Under the pieces are notes generated by a model. The model was not told the origin of the DNA. It worked only from the letters and a program-made list of their open reading frames with translations, and ran no database searches. The translations under genes and the position numbers were made by a program. A stretch of DNA of 64,000 nucleotides from the IMG/VR virus record IMGVR_UViG_3300033074_002207. One strand, written 5' to 3'. Positions 56,094 to 63,858 of the stretch are shown here, in pieces (the first letter of the stretch is position 1; the number at the start of each line of letters is the position of its first letter). Source of the DNA: a virus (taxonomy: Duplodnaviria > Heunggongvirae > Uroviricota > Caudoviricetes).

Positions 56094-56145
56094 TTTTTTT
56101 ATCCCGCCTTATTTTCCCAAGTCTTATTTTGTGGTACAATGCAGT

Positions 56146-56649
56146 ATGCGTGATTTCCAAAGAAGTCGAGTGTACCGTTGGGAGGATAGTCTCCCTCTTG
56201 ACCACATGTCAATTTCTAAGCGGCGATGTAGTTTCCGTCGCTGCAAGGAATTAATTGCTCAGGCTGTTCAATTATATGATTTGCCTGAAATCCCAGTGAT
56301 GCAGCCAACCAATCCCAGGCAGAGCACGGCCATGTATTGTGAGTTCCACAATTTCGACTCAGAATTTCGAGGAGATGGAATCATTTTGCTGCCGAAGAAC
56401 TTCTGGCGCTTTGACATCGCTCTTCATGAAGTTGCCCATTATATAGTCGCTGCTCGATTTCATCGACGCGAGGATTGTGACCACGGACCTGTGTTTGTTC
56501 GTGTGTACATGCATTTGCTGCAAAGTATTGCTGGTGCAGATATAAAAGTGTTAGAGCAATGGGCCACCTGGCACGGATTGAAATTTTCGAGGCTGAAGCG
56601 TTACGCACCCATTATTCCTCAATCTAAGATTTCGAGGGATACTATTTAA
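56146..56649 (+). CDS. SprT-like zinc metalloprotease
   Basis: ALHEVAHYI (HExxH), DHGPVF; start at ATG 56146 (the longer track ORF runs through the RNA array). Confidence 0.75.
   Translation: MRDFQRSRVYRWEDSLPLDHMSISKRRCSFRRCKELIAQAVQLYDLPEIPVMQPTNPRQSTAMYCEFHNFDSEFRGDGIILLPKNFWRFDIALHEVAHYIVAARFHRREDCDHGPVFVRVYMHLLQSIAGADIKVLEQWATWHGLKFSRLKRYAPIIPQSKISRDTI
56616..56641 (+). promoter_or_regulatory. TCCTCAA-N15-GATA putative promoter
   Basis: Motif, then 9 nt, then ATG 56651. Confidence 0.65.
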
Positions 56650-56650
56650 A

Positions 56651-57259
56651 ATGGCATTGCGTCCTAGAGATTCCCAGAAGTCTAAATTCTGGAGATGGTT
56701 GAATGGTGGTATGCTGCGGGACTTTCCAAATATCCGCAGCATGTCTGTGCATGAGCATGACATCGTTCATACTTTCGAAGCTGAGTGCCGTCGAATTGGT
56801 ATACCACCTCCTGATTTTCGGGTTAGAAAAAATTCGAAGACTAAGTTCAGCTATCGACTGAACGAGTTGACTTATTATCCCACGTCGATGACTGTGACAT
56901 ATTTATCTGTTGCACTTTCTTGGCATCGCATGTATCAAAGTGGTTGTACAGAACCTTATCATGGTCCACAGTTTTGTCTTTGGTTTGCTGAGACCGTGCA
57001 TCATATAACTAAAATTCCTCTTGATGATATCAAGGAGTCGATGAAGCGTGCGAACCTTAAGTTTGCTGGAGCAACTCCCAAAAAAGTTTCTGCCAGGATG
57101 ATGAAGCGATATCAACTCGCTGAGCAGCGGGCATCTCAAATCGAGACATCCATCCGGCTCGCCCGCGAGGAATTCGAGGAGTTCCTGAAGCCTGTCATCG
57201 AGGAGCATAAAAAGATTTCTACTGAGATGGTTGAACTTAAGCAGAAGCTTGGGCTTTAA
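56651..57259 (+). CDS. Paralog of the SprT-like protein lacking HExxH, with C-terminal coiled coil
   Basis: RDSQKSKFWRW versus RDFQRSRVYRW; YHGPQF retained. Confidence 0.65.
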   Translation: MALRPRDSQKSKFWRWLNGGMLRDFPNIRSMSVHEHDIVHTFEAECRRIGIPPPDFRVRKNSKTKFSYRLNELTYYPTSMTVTYLSVALSWHRMYQSGCTEPYHGPQFCLWFAETVHHITKIPLDDIKESMKRANLKFAGATPKKVSARMMKRYQLAEQRASQIETSIRLAREEFEEFLKPVIEEHKKISTEMVELKQKLGL

Positions 57260-57295
57260 TCCTCAAAGATTGTTTTGTTGCGGTACAATATGTCA

Positions 57296-57991
57296 ATGAA
57301 TGCACCTCGATACAAAGAAGCTTTAGATTGGCTTGTCGATTTATACCAGGATGATGTCAGAAAATCATCTGGTTGTCCTGCGATTGGACATCCACTGGGT
57401 GTGATGGACCTGGTGATGGGAGTTGGCGGCGATGAAGATACATGCATTGCAGCGCTCTTTCATGATTTCGGTGAAGACAAGGGTGGCGAGGAGATGCTCC
57501 AGGAAATCGAGCGTCGATTTGGAGCACGAGTTGCTCGCATCGTCCGGGATTGTTCAGACACTCTTCCAAATTCCTATAATGTGAAGGAACCTTGGGTGGA
57601 CAGGAAGGTCGAGCATATTCGTCACATCTCTCACCTCGATGCTGATAGCTGCATCGTTTTATGTGCAGACACTCTTCACAACACCCGAGACCACACTCGT
57701 GGTTTCATCAAAAATGGAGATGATTGGTGGACTAACTTCAGGTCGAACGTCTATACGGACCGCGAGCGCACGACTGGAATTGGTGTGGCCTCCACGATGT
57801 GGTACCTGGAGCAGAAGAGTACAGCACTCGCCAAGCGCTCAGATTATCTGGATAGTGCTCCTTTAAAAACAATTGCAGAAGAATTGGAGCTTGGTGTATT
57901 CCAATTGTTTCTCTTGTGTAATAAAGCATATATGTCGAATATTGAAGAAATATACGAGTATATGTATAATACCTATGGTGATATTACATAA
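57296..57991 (+). CDS. HD-domain hydrolase, RelA/SpoT/Mesh1-like
   Basis: HPLGV, DEDTCIAALFHDFGED, ERRFGARVARIV, ADTLHN. Confidence 0.85.
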   Translation: MNAPRYKEALDWLVDLYQDDVRKSSGCPAIGHPLGVMDLVMGVGGDEDTCIAALFHDFGEDKGGEEMLQEIERRFGARVARIVRDCSDTLPNSYNVKEPWVDRKVEHIRHISHLDADSCIVLCADTLHNTRDHTRGFIKNGDDWWTNFRSNVYTDRERTTGIGVASTMWYLEQKSTALAKRSDYLDSAPLKTIAEELELGVFQLFLLCNKAYMSNIEEIYEYMYNTYGDIT

Positions 57992-58719
57992 TGGATGAAA
58001 GATTTATTGTTGGTGGTAGTGCTCATAACCCTAAGTCGATAATTGTTGGCATGGATGATGCTCCAGAGCCAATTGAAGAAATCGAGGAAATCGAGCCAGT
58101 TCAAATGGCAATTAAGGAAATCGAGTTTTCTCTGGGTGATGCTTCAGCAATTGCGCGAGATTCCTGTGTTAGAGGTGGGGCTCATGGCAGTGTTGTCACG
58201 TGTCGAACACTTGGTGCAGCGTTACACCGTCTCGGCATCGACTGTCTTCCTGTCACAACCCGGACTGTCGTTTTCAATCCATATGTGTCCAAAGAGTTCA
58301 AGCCGGAGCGCATGCCAAGTAAGAAGAGGATGTCCGCGCTGCTCAACCACCCCAAAGGATACTCGGTTGGATTGGGTATGGAAGAGGCTGAAGGAGATGG
58401 TTGGAAGGGACATTTGGTGTTGTTGGCGAATATGAGAGATGGGATTTATCTTTTAGACCCCACTTTAGACCAGGCAAATCGACCAAAATATAAAATCGAG
58501 CTAATGCCCATCGCATTAAAACTCGTTGATACATTCATATTGTTCGACGGAGCACGAATTGCGTTCAATATTAATGGCTGCGCAATTATGTACAGCATGT
58601 TGCCATCTGACAAATCTTTTGCAGATTTAGAAGATTGGTCCCTGCAAACTCCAGAATTTAACGTAGATAGTATCAGCAATCAAATTTTCGAGCGCCTGAT
58701 TAGCTTAGGCACTCAATAG
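57991..58719 (+). CDS. Hypothetical protein
   Basis: 242 aa; GHLV...YLLDPTLDQ. Confidence 0.7.
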   Translation: MDERFIVGGSAHNPKSIIVGMDDAPEPIEEIEEIEPVQMAIKEIEFSLGDASAIARDSCVRGGAHGSVVTCRTLGAALHRLGIDCLPVTTRTVVFNPYVSKEFKPERMPSKKRMSALLNHPKGYSVGLGMEEAEGDGWKGHLVLLANMRDGIYLLDPTLDQANRPKYKIELMPIALKLVDTFILFDGARIAFNINGCAIMYSMLPSDKSFADLEDWSLQTPEFNVDSISNQIFERLISLGTQ

Positions 58720-58731
58720 GTAAGTTCAACA

Positions 58732-59349
58732 ATGACATCAATAGAGAAATTCGAGCAAGCTGACTCCTCTTTTGAGCGTTTAATGCAAATGCATGGCGCT
58801 AAGATTAAGAGTCATGCCATGCGATTAACCAGGAACGCTGAGGATGCTGAAGATTTATACCAGGAAACATCCATCAAAATCTTCATGAACATCGACAAGT
58901 TGACGAATGAGTCAACGTTTTATAATTGGGCTCTTCGAATTATGCAGCGCACCTTTCTCGATAAAAAGCGCTATGATTCCCGTCGCCCAGAAACAACTTC
59001 ATTTGATGAGTTGAATGCTCAATTCGGCTGCGAGGTTGAATTCGAGGATGCCAAGGTTGACATCGAGTCTGAAGTGATGCTCGGCATGGTGAAGGAGATG
59101 AACAGCATGCAGCTTCGCGGTTTGGTGAAGGGACTTGCTCCAGTATACTCTTCAGTGCTGTCGATGAACACATATGGCACGAAAGATTCTCTGGATGTCG
59201 CCAACTCTTTGGAAGAGGGACTCACTTACAGCGAGATTGCTGCTGCTGAAAACACCACAGAGCGTGCTATTGCATCTAGATTGCAGCGTGCTAAAGAAGC
59301 GCTGCGTCGAGTTGCAGCAACAAATGCATACACCCCGATTCAAGAATAA
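58732..59349 (+). CDS. ECF-type sigma factor
   Basis: AMRLTRNAEDAEDLYQET, FYNWALRIM, GLTYSEIA, IASRLQRAK. Confidence 0.92.
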   Translation: MTSIEKFEQADSSFERLMQMHGAKIKSHAMRLTRNAEDAEDLYQETSIKIFMNIDKLTNESTFYNWALRIMQRTFLDKKRYDSRRPETTSFDELNAQFGCEVEFEDAKVDIESEVMLGMVKEMNSMQLRGLVKGLAPVYSSVLSMNTYGTKDSLDVANSLEEGLTYSEIAAAENTTERAIASRLQRAKEALRRVAATNAYTPIQE

Positions 59350-59437
59350 GACTTGGCAAAATAAGGGGCGGTGGTTTTCCTCAAAATAGCGCTCCATATG
59401 CATATGTAGAATGTGTAGTTAACATGACGCCCCGGAT

Positions 59438-59463
59438 TCCTCATTCGAGGGATTCCGGGGATA
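59438..59463 (+). promoter_or_regulatory. TCCTCAT-N15-GATA putative promoter embedded in a CCCCGGA/TCCGGGG inverted repeat
   Basis: Motif, then 7 nt, then ATG 59471. Confidence 0.7.
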
Positions 59464-59470
59464 TTAATGT

Positions 59471-59857
59471 ATGGAAACACCATACGAACAAGCAACACGT
59501 GAAACACAGCAGCGGGGTGAATTTGTCAGTAACCTGGTTGCACAAGTTGAATCTTTTGATTTAGCTTCAGATTTGGTCAGGGCTCTTGAATACAAATTTG
59601 GATTCTGGTGCATTTTGACATCGACCGCAGACCTCCAGGAATACATGGACGACTATCTCGGCGTCGAGTGGTTTATCGAGCGCGGCTACACCAACCCAGA
59701 TGGCAGCGAGCTTGAAGAAGTCCCTCGTATTTCTGCTGAACAGATTGAGGAGTTGGCACTCGACATGCACCCTTGGCGCGAAATTGAAGAGGATGTTTGG
59801 CCGAGGATTCACGACGGTCTTGGGGATACTATCGACTCAATGTTCCCCAAGAAGTAA
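59471..59857 (+). CDS. Hypothetical protein
   Basis: 128-aa acidic ORF. Confidence 0.7.
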   Translation: METPYEQATRETQQRGEFVSNLVAQVESFDLASDLVRALEYKFGFWCILTSTADLQEYMDDYLGVEWFIERGYTNPDGSELEEVPRISAEQIEELALDMHPWREIEEDVWPRIHDGLGDTIDSMFPKK

Positions 59858-59860
59858 AAT

Positions 59861-59886
59861 TCCTCATTTCCGGGCGCGGGGGAATA
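59861..59886 (+). promoter_or_regulatory. TCCTCAT-N15-AATA putative promoter
   Basis: Motif, then 7 nt, then ATG 59894. Confidence 0.7.
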
Positions 59887-59893
59887 TAGAATT

Positions 59894-60580
59894 ATGGAAC
59901 AAACTTCCCCCGTGATTGCTGTTGAAATTTCAGATAACAGCAAGGTAGGAAAAATTTCAATCACTGCGGCAAGTCAATCGTCTTGTCCCCCGACTTGTCC
60001 GTTGCGCGGTGCGGGTTGTTATGCTGAGGTGGGTAGGGCTAACCTGGTCACTTCTCGTTTGAATCTCTCTCAAGTTACGGACCCTGTTTATATTGCGAAG
60101 TTGGAAGCAGAAGCGATTCGTAAGCTTTCAGGTCGCAGAATGCTCCGGCTCCATGTAGTTGGTGACTGTTACGTCGATGAGGGCGCTCAGATTTTAGCTG
60201 AGGCTGCGGCAGAACACACTGCCAAACTCGGTAAACCAGTTTTCACCTACACGCATGGACATTCTACCAAACGTTCTTCGTGGGGCAGTATCAGCGTCTT
60301 GCGCTCTTGTGAGAAATTCGAGCAAGTTGAGCAAGCCCATAAAGATGGGTTTGCGGCGGCGATGGTGGTGGAGAGTCATGAGTCCAAGAAAGCGTATCGC
60401 AAGAATGGGTTCACGATTATTCCGTGCCCGCAACAAACTGGCAGTGTCAAGGATTGTGCTCAGTGTAAGCTCTGCTCTCAAGATAAGAAGCTACACTCGA
60501 AGCGTGCAGTCATTGCATTTGCTATCCACGGCGCTCGTGAGAAAGCCGCTCGTGAAGTCCTGAACAGACTTCACAATTAG
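59894..60580 (+). CDS. Cys-rich phage protein (DUF7227/gp88-like)
   Basis: SCPPTCPL...GCYA, LRLHVVGD, FTYTH, CPQQ...CAQCKLC. Confidence 0.7.
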   Translation: MEQTSPVIAVEISDNSKVGKISITAASQSSCPPTCPLRGAGCYAEVGRANLVTSRLNLSQVTDPVYIAKLEAEAIRKLSGRRMLRLHVVGDCYVDEGAQILAEAAAEHTAKLGKPVFTYTHGHSTKRSSWGSISVLRSCEKFEQVEQAHKDGFAAAMVVESHESKKAYRKNGFTIIPCPQQTGSVKDCAQCKLCSQDKKLHSKRAVIAFAIHGAREKAAREVLNRLHN

Positions 60581-60584
60581 GTTT

Positions 60585-60610
60585 TCCTCAATCCCAGGCG
60601 TTTCGTCATA
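60585..60610 (+). promoter_or_regulatory. TCCTCAA-N15-CATA putative promoter
   Basis: Motif, then 8 nt, then ATG 60619. Confidence 0.7.
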
Positions 60611-60618
60611 TAGAAAGT

Positions 60619-60930
60619 ATGACGAAGCGCCTTTTGCTTTTAGAGATTTGCGCCCTCGATGATGAGGTCAACTTTATCGCCACGTGGCACCGCACCATGA
60701 ACTATGAAGACTTGGTTCTTGCTGCTCCTGGCAATCACAACGGACTGTTGATTGTTCTCAACGAGAAAGATAATGGGCTGGAAAAGCTCGCCTCATGGAT
60801 TGAAGAGGAGCATGAAGTCAAACATTACAACACCCTTCCTCTCTTTGTGATTTGGGATGACGCGGATGTTGTCCACGAGTATGCACCATTTGAAAATGGC
60901 GTGCGCCAGTTGGTGAAGGAATACGACTAA
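60619..60930 (+). CDS. Hypothetical protein
   Basis: 103-aa ORF. Confidence 0.7.
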   Translation: MTKRLLLLEICALDDEVNFIATWHRTMNYEDLVLAAPGNHNGLLIVLNEKDNGLEKLASWIEEEHEVKHYNTLPLFVIWDDADVVHEYAPFENGVRQLVKEYD

Positions 60931-61214
60931 TGATTAAACGCGCCCTGTACGAAGAATTTTTCACGACTGATTCTATCAGTCGCAAGGCTGAGCTTCGACA
61001 AATGATTGAAGATGCCGTCGATGAGGCATTCAAGAAGTTGTTCGACAACTCTTCAGAGTGGAGTTACTGGTGTTTTCCAGATGCTGAGGAAAACGAACTT
61101 GGAACCTTCGAAAAATTCATTGAAGATGACGGTGTGCAAGTTGAATATAAACTTGCTTTGTCGGGAAGACAAAAATTCGTCACCATCCCCTTCAATGAAT
61201 TTATTGAGGATTAA
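60930..61214 (+). CDS. Hypothetical protein
   Basis: TAATG overlap. Confidence 0.65.
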   Translation: MIKRALYEEFFTTDSISRKAELRQMIEDAVDEAFKKLFDNSSEWSYWCFPDAEENELGTFEKFIEDDGVQVEYKLALSGRQKFVTIPFNEFIED

Positions 61215-61453
61215 ACGTCGCCTTGAGCTGTGGCTTCGGCAGCAGCGCGGGCAATTTCTGCCCGCTGTCGAATATATGCCTGCACAAACAATTTCTTTAA
61301 GGTTTGCTTAGCAAACTGCACCTTGGTTTGTGGGTTGGCGATAAAACCACCCTGTCCATCGTCTATCATATCCTTGTAACCCTCTTGGGCGCACCAGGCG
61401 TCGATGATAGCTGTTTCTTTTGCATCTGGAATCTGAAATGAGAATTGAGCCAT
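61211..61453 (-). CDS. Hypothetical protein
   Basis: TATAAT 8 nt upstream on the - strand; convergent overlap. Confidence 0.65.
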   Translation of the reverse strand: MAQFSFQIPDAKETAIIDAWCAQEGYKDMIDDGQGGFIANPQTKVQFAKQTLKKLFVQAYIRQRAEIARAAAEATAQGDV

Positions 61454-61493
61454 GATAGTAAATTATACAGCTTTTAGTGGTTGAATCCCTTTT

Positions 61494-61519
61494 TCCTCAA
61501 TCCCAATCCTGCTTTCATA
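61494..61519 (+). promoter_or_regulatory. TCCTCAA-N15-CATA putative promoter
   Basis: Motif, then 10 nt, then ATG 61530. Confidence 0.65.
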
Positions 61520-61529
61520 TAAAATCACT

Positions 61530-61964
61530 ATGCCATGTCGTTCAGATTATTTGGAAGCCAATGAGCGCGAAACCGAGTCAAAGCGAGTCGCGGGTCATCT
61601 TTTCTATTTGTTCACCTCTCTTGGACAGAAGTCCAACATCACGGATGAGATTAAGATTGCCAAGGATGAATACTACGGCAATGTGAACAAGGTTGATGAG
61701 TGGACTGCGCTTTTGTGCGGCACTATCCGAAAGATGACGGATGCTCAGAAAGACAAGTTCATCTATGACGGTAAGAATGCCAAGGCTCGTTCACTTGCCG
61801 ATTGGTGGGAGCGTCATCAGGCGTGGGACAAGAAGCGCGAAGCTCAGGAACGAGCCGAAAAGAGGCGCAAGCAGTCGGATAATCTGACTCAGCAGTTCCA
61901 CAAACTCTCTATGGCAGAAAAGCAGCGTTTGCTCGCTCTTGCCAACACCAAGGGGACTCCATGA
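61530..61964 (+). CDS. Hypothetical protein
   Basis: MPCRSDY...DWWERHQAWD. Confidence 0.75.
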   Translation: MPCRSDYLEANERETESKRVAGHLFYLFTSLGQKSNITDEIKIAKDEYYGNVNKVDEWTALLCGTIRKMTDAQKDKFIYDGKNAKARSLADWWERHQAWDKKREAQERAEKRRKQSDNLTQQFHKLSMAEKQRLLALANTKGTP

Positions 61965-62362
61965 TTAAAGCACACCAAGAGATGCTGAAGAAGCTCTCTC
62001 CAGAGATGCGGGAAGCGGTGAAGCCCTTCATCAAAGAGTATGAAGCTCTTAGTAAGGGTGAAGTTCATACCATTCGCGCATATTTTGGATATATAAAGAG
62101 CGACATGCCTGAAGTGGATGTTGAAATCAAGGCGCGATTATTCTGGCAGTCAGACCTTACCGCCTCTTTCGAGCGAAAGTCCAGTAAGAAGGATATGAAA
62201 ATTCCCTTCTGCGACTATTTGGTGGAACAATCACCTGAGCTTATGTTTTTCAATGACCGAATTCGCAATTTTGTCAACGAAACAGAAACAGTAGGCAAAG
62301 AGAAGTTCGGAGATAAAGATGCGTTGTGGAATGAATTCTTCTGGAACTCGCCACTCTGCTAA
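61961..62362 (+). CDS. Hypothetical protein
   Basis: ATGA overlap. Confidence 0.7.
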   Translation: MIKAHQEMLKKLSPEMREAVKPFIKEYEALSKGEVHTIRAYFGYIKSDMPEVDVEIKARLFWQSDLTASFERKSSKKDMKIPFCDYLVEQSPELMFFNDRIRNFVNETETVGKEKFGDKDALWNEFFWNSPLC

Positions 62363-62373
62363 AAGGAAACAAT

Positions 62374-62769
62374 ATGAGACAACTTTACCCAGACATTTAT
62401 CATGATTTCGTTTTGAGCACAGCGAGAATCGAGTCTTTGCGCACTGTTCGCCCTGAAGTCAGTCAATCCGAAGAGATTGCGCTCACGATTCTCGATGACA
62501 TTCTTGACCGTCGTGGCTATCGCCAGGAATTTGATGAATTCGCTGAAGATATTCAGAATGAAGTTCTGAATGATTGGATTGGGATTATCGACTCCTGCAT
62601 CACTCCCTTCAGTATGGTTCAGGGTATTCTCAGCGATGTTCGTCAACGCAGCGGGTGGGATGACATTTACGATTCCGTGGACGAAGACATCACCGCAGAT
62701 ATGATTAAGACTTGGGAAAATAAGGTGATGAATATTCTCAAGCCCGAATCACAAATTCCTCAATCCTAA
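62374..62769 (+). CDS. Hypothetical protein
   Basis: AAGGA RBS. Confidence 0.7.
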   Translation: MRQLYPDIYHDFVLSTARIESLRTVRPEVSQSEEIALTILDDILDRRGYRQEFDEFAEDIQNEVLNDWIGIIDSCITPFSMVQGILSDVRQRSGWDDIYDSVDEDITADMIKTWENKVMNILKPESQIPQS

Positions 62770-62782
62770 AAATCGAGTCATA
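62757..62782 (+). promoter_or_regulatory. TCCTCAA-N15-CATA putative promoter
   Basis: Motif, then 8 nt, then ATG 62791. Confidence 0.7.
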
Positions 62783-62790
62783 GTATAGCC

Positions 62791-63126
62791 ATGACTGAAA
62801 TCAAACCTTTATGGGAAATCCTGGTGCCTTATAAAATGGGGCGCAAGAATGTACAGGTTCCTTATCACAGAGAATGGGATGAAAAGGTTATGGCTATCTC
62901 TGGCGGCATGACGTTGATGAAAGTCGCCAAGGGTAGTTGGGTGAGCCCTACTACTGATAAGACTCACAAGGAACTCATGATTCCCGTGCGGATTGCTTGC
63001 TCTGAAGAACAGATTCGAGAAATCATGAAGATGACGATTGTCCACTACAAACAGGAAGCTGTCTTCTGCACCCTGATTAGCGAGAAGACAATCATCATGC
63101 ACGCAGACGAGGTTCAAAATGCCTGA
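62791..63126 (+). CDS. Hypothetical phage protein
   Basis: WEILVP...KGSW...E.MIPVRIAC...YKQEAV. Confidence 0.75.
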   Translation: MTEIKPLWEILVPYKMGRKNVQVPYHREWDEKVMAISGGMTLMKVAKGSWVSPTTDKTHKELMIPVRIACSEEQIREIMKMTIVHYKQEAVFCTLISEKTIIMHADEVQNA

Positions 63127-63394
63127 GACTTATGAGTATGAATACATCGACCGCGAACACTATGACACCATTTGTCTTGGCACGTTTGAAAATGCTCCAA
63201 CTGATATCAATGTGTTGGAAGCCAATCGTGACACATTGATTGGACGGCGTTTCATTGCGCCAACATATATACTTGACCAAACCACCAGACTTCCTATTAT
63301 CTTAACCATTAAGGATGTTCGATGTTATCATTTTATGACAGAGAATCATTATGGAAGTCTTGCTTCAGACATTTGCTTCTTGGAGACTCAATAA
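63119..63394 (+). CDS. Hypothetical protein
   Basis: Overlap with the previous stop. Confidence 0.6.
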   Translation: MPETYEYEYIDREHYDTICLGTFENAPTDINVLEANRDTLIGRRFIAPTYILDQTTRLPIILTIKDVRCYHFMTENHYGSLASDICFLETQ

Positions 63395-63396
63395 CT

Positions 63397-63858
63397 ATGA
63401 TTTTGACGAAATCCGAACACGAAGCGCTCATCATTATGAAGCGCAACAAGAACTCATCCATGCTTGGCAATCGCAACTGGGAAGCAGTGAACATGATTCA
63501 CAACAGTTGCGGGCGGTCTTTAGAGCGCAAGGGTGTGGTGACTTTGAGGCTTGCTGGAGATGGAAGCGTTTTTGCTTTCCTGAATGAAGGAATCGAGAAG
63601 TGCGAGTTTAAAGTTGGAGATGTGGTTCAACTCCTTGGTACGAACAGCAAAGCCACCATCCTCTCCATCGACGGCGACGAATATACCATCGACTGCGGCA
63701 GGCACGGACAACACAAAGTAACGCGCATGAGTCTCATCGACCCACTGGCAACAAACGATTGGATATTCCGTCATGGGCAAGAAATTAAGATTCGCCCCAA
63801 GTTTCAAGCCTTCTTTGAAGAAATCCTAAAAAATCCTCAAAATCCAGTTGACAAATGA
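63397..63858 (+). CDS. Hypothetical protein with SH3/KOW-like segment
   Basis: FKVGDVVQL...ATILSIDG; start placed at ATG 63397. Confidence 0.7.
   Translation: MILTKSEHEALIIMKRNKNSSMLGNRNWEAVNMIHNSCGRSLERKGVVTLRLAGDGSVFAFLNEGIEKCEFKVGDVVQLLGTNSKATILSIDGDEYTIDCGRHGQHKVTRMSLIDPLATNDWIFRHGQEIKIRPKFQAFFEEILKNPQNPVDK

Larger units (their letters stand above)
52684..56371 (+). repeat. Eight same-strand copies of AGAATTTCGAG
   Basis: Starts at 52684, 52741, 52754, 52991, 53015, 55359, 55701, 56361. Confidence 0.85.

Noticed and set aside
55969-56145. 5' extension of the SprT-like ORF in the ORF track
   Set aside because: It runs through tRNA-like elements 3-4 and a T-run; the paralog alignment and a TG-TACAAT box support the start at 56146.
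141-63807. Numerous 60-140-aa antisense or alternate-frame ORFs in the track
   Set aside because: They are fully nested in well-supported genes and lack recognisable motifs.
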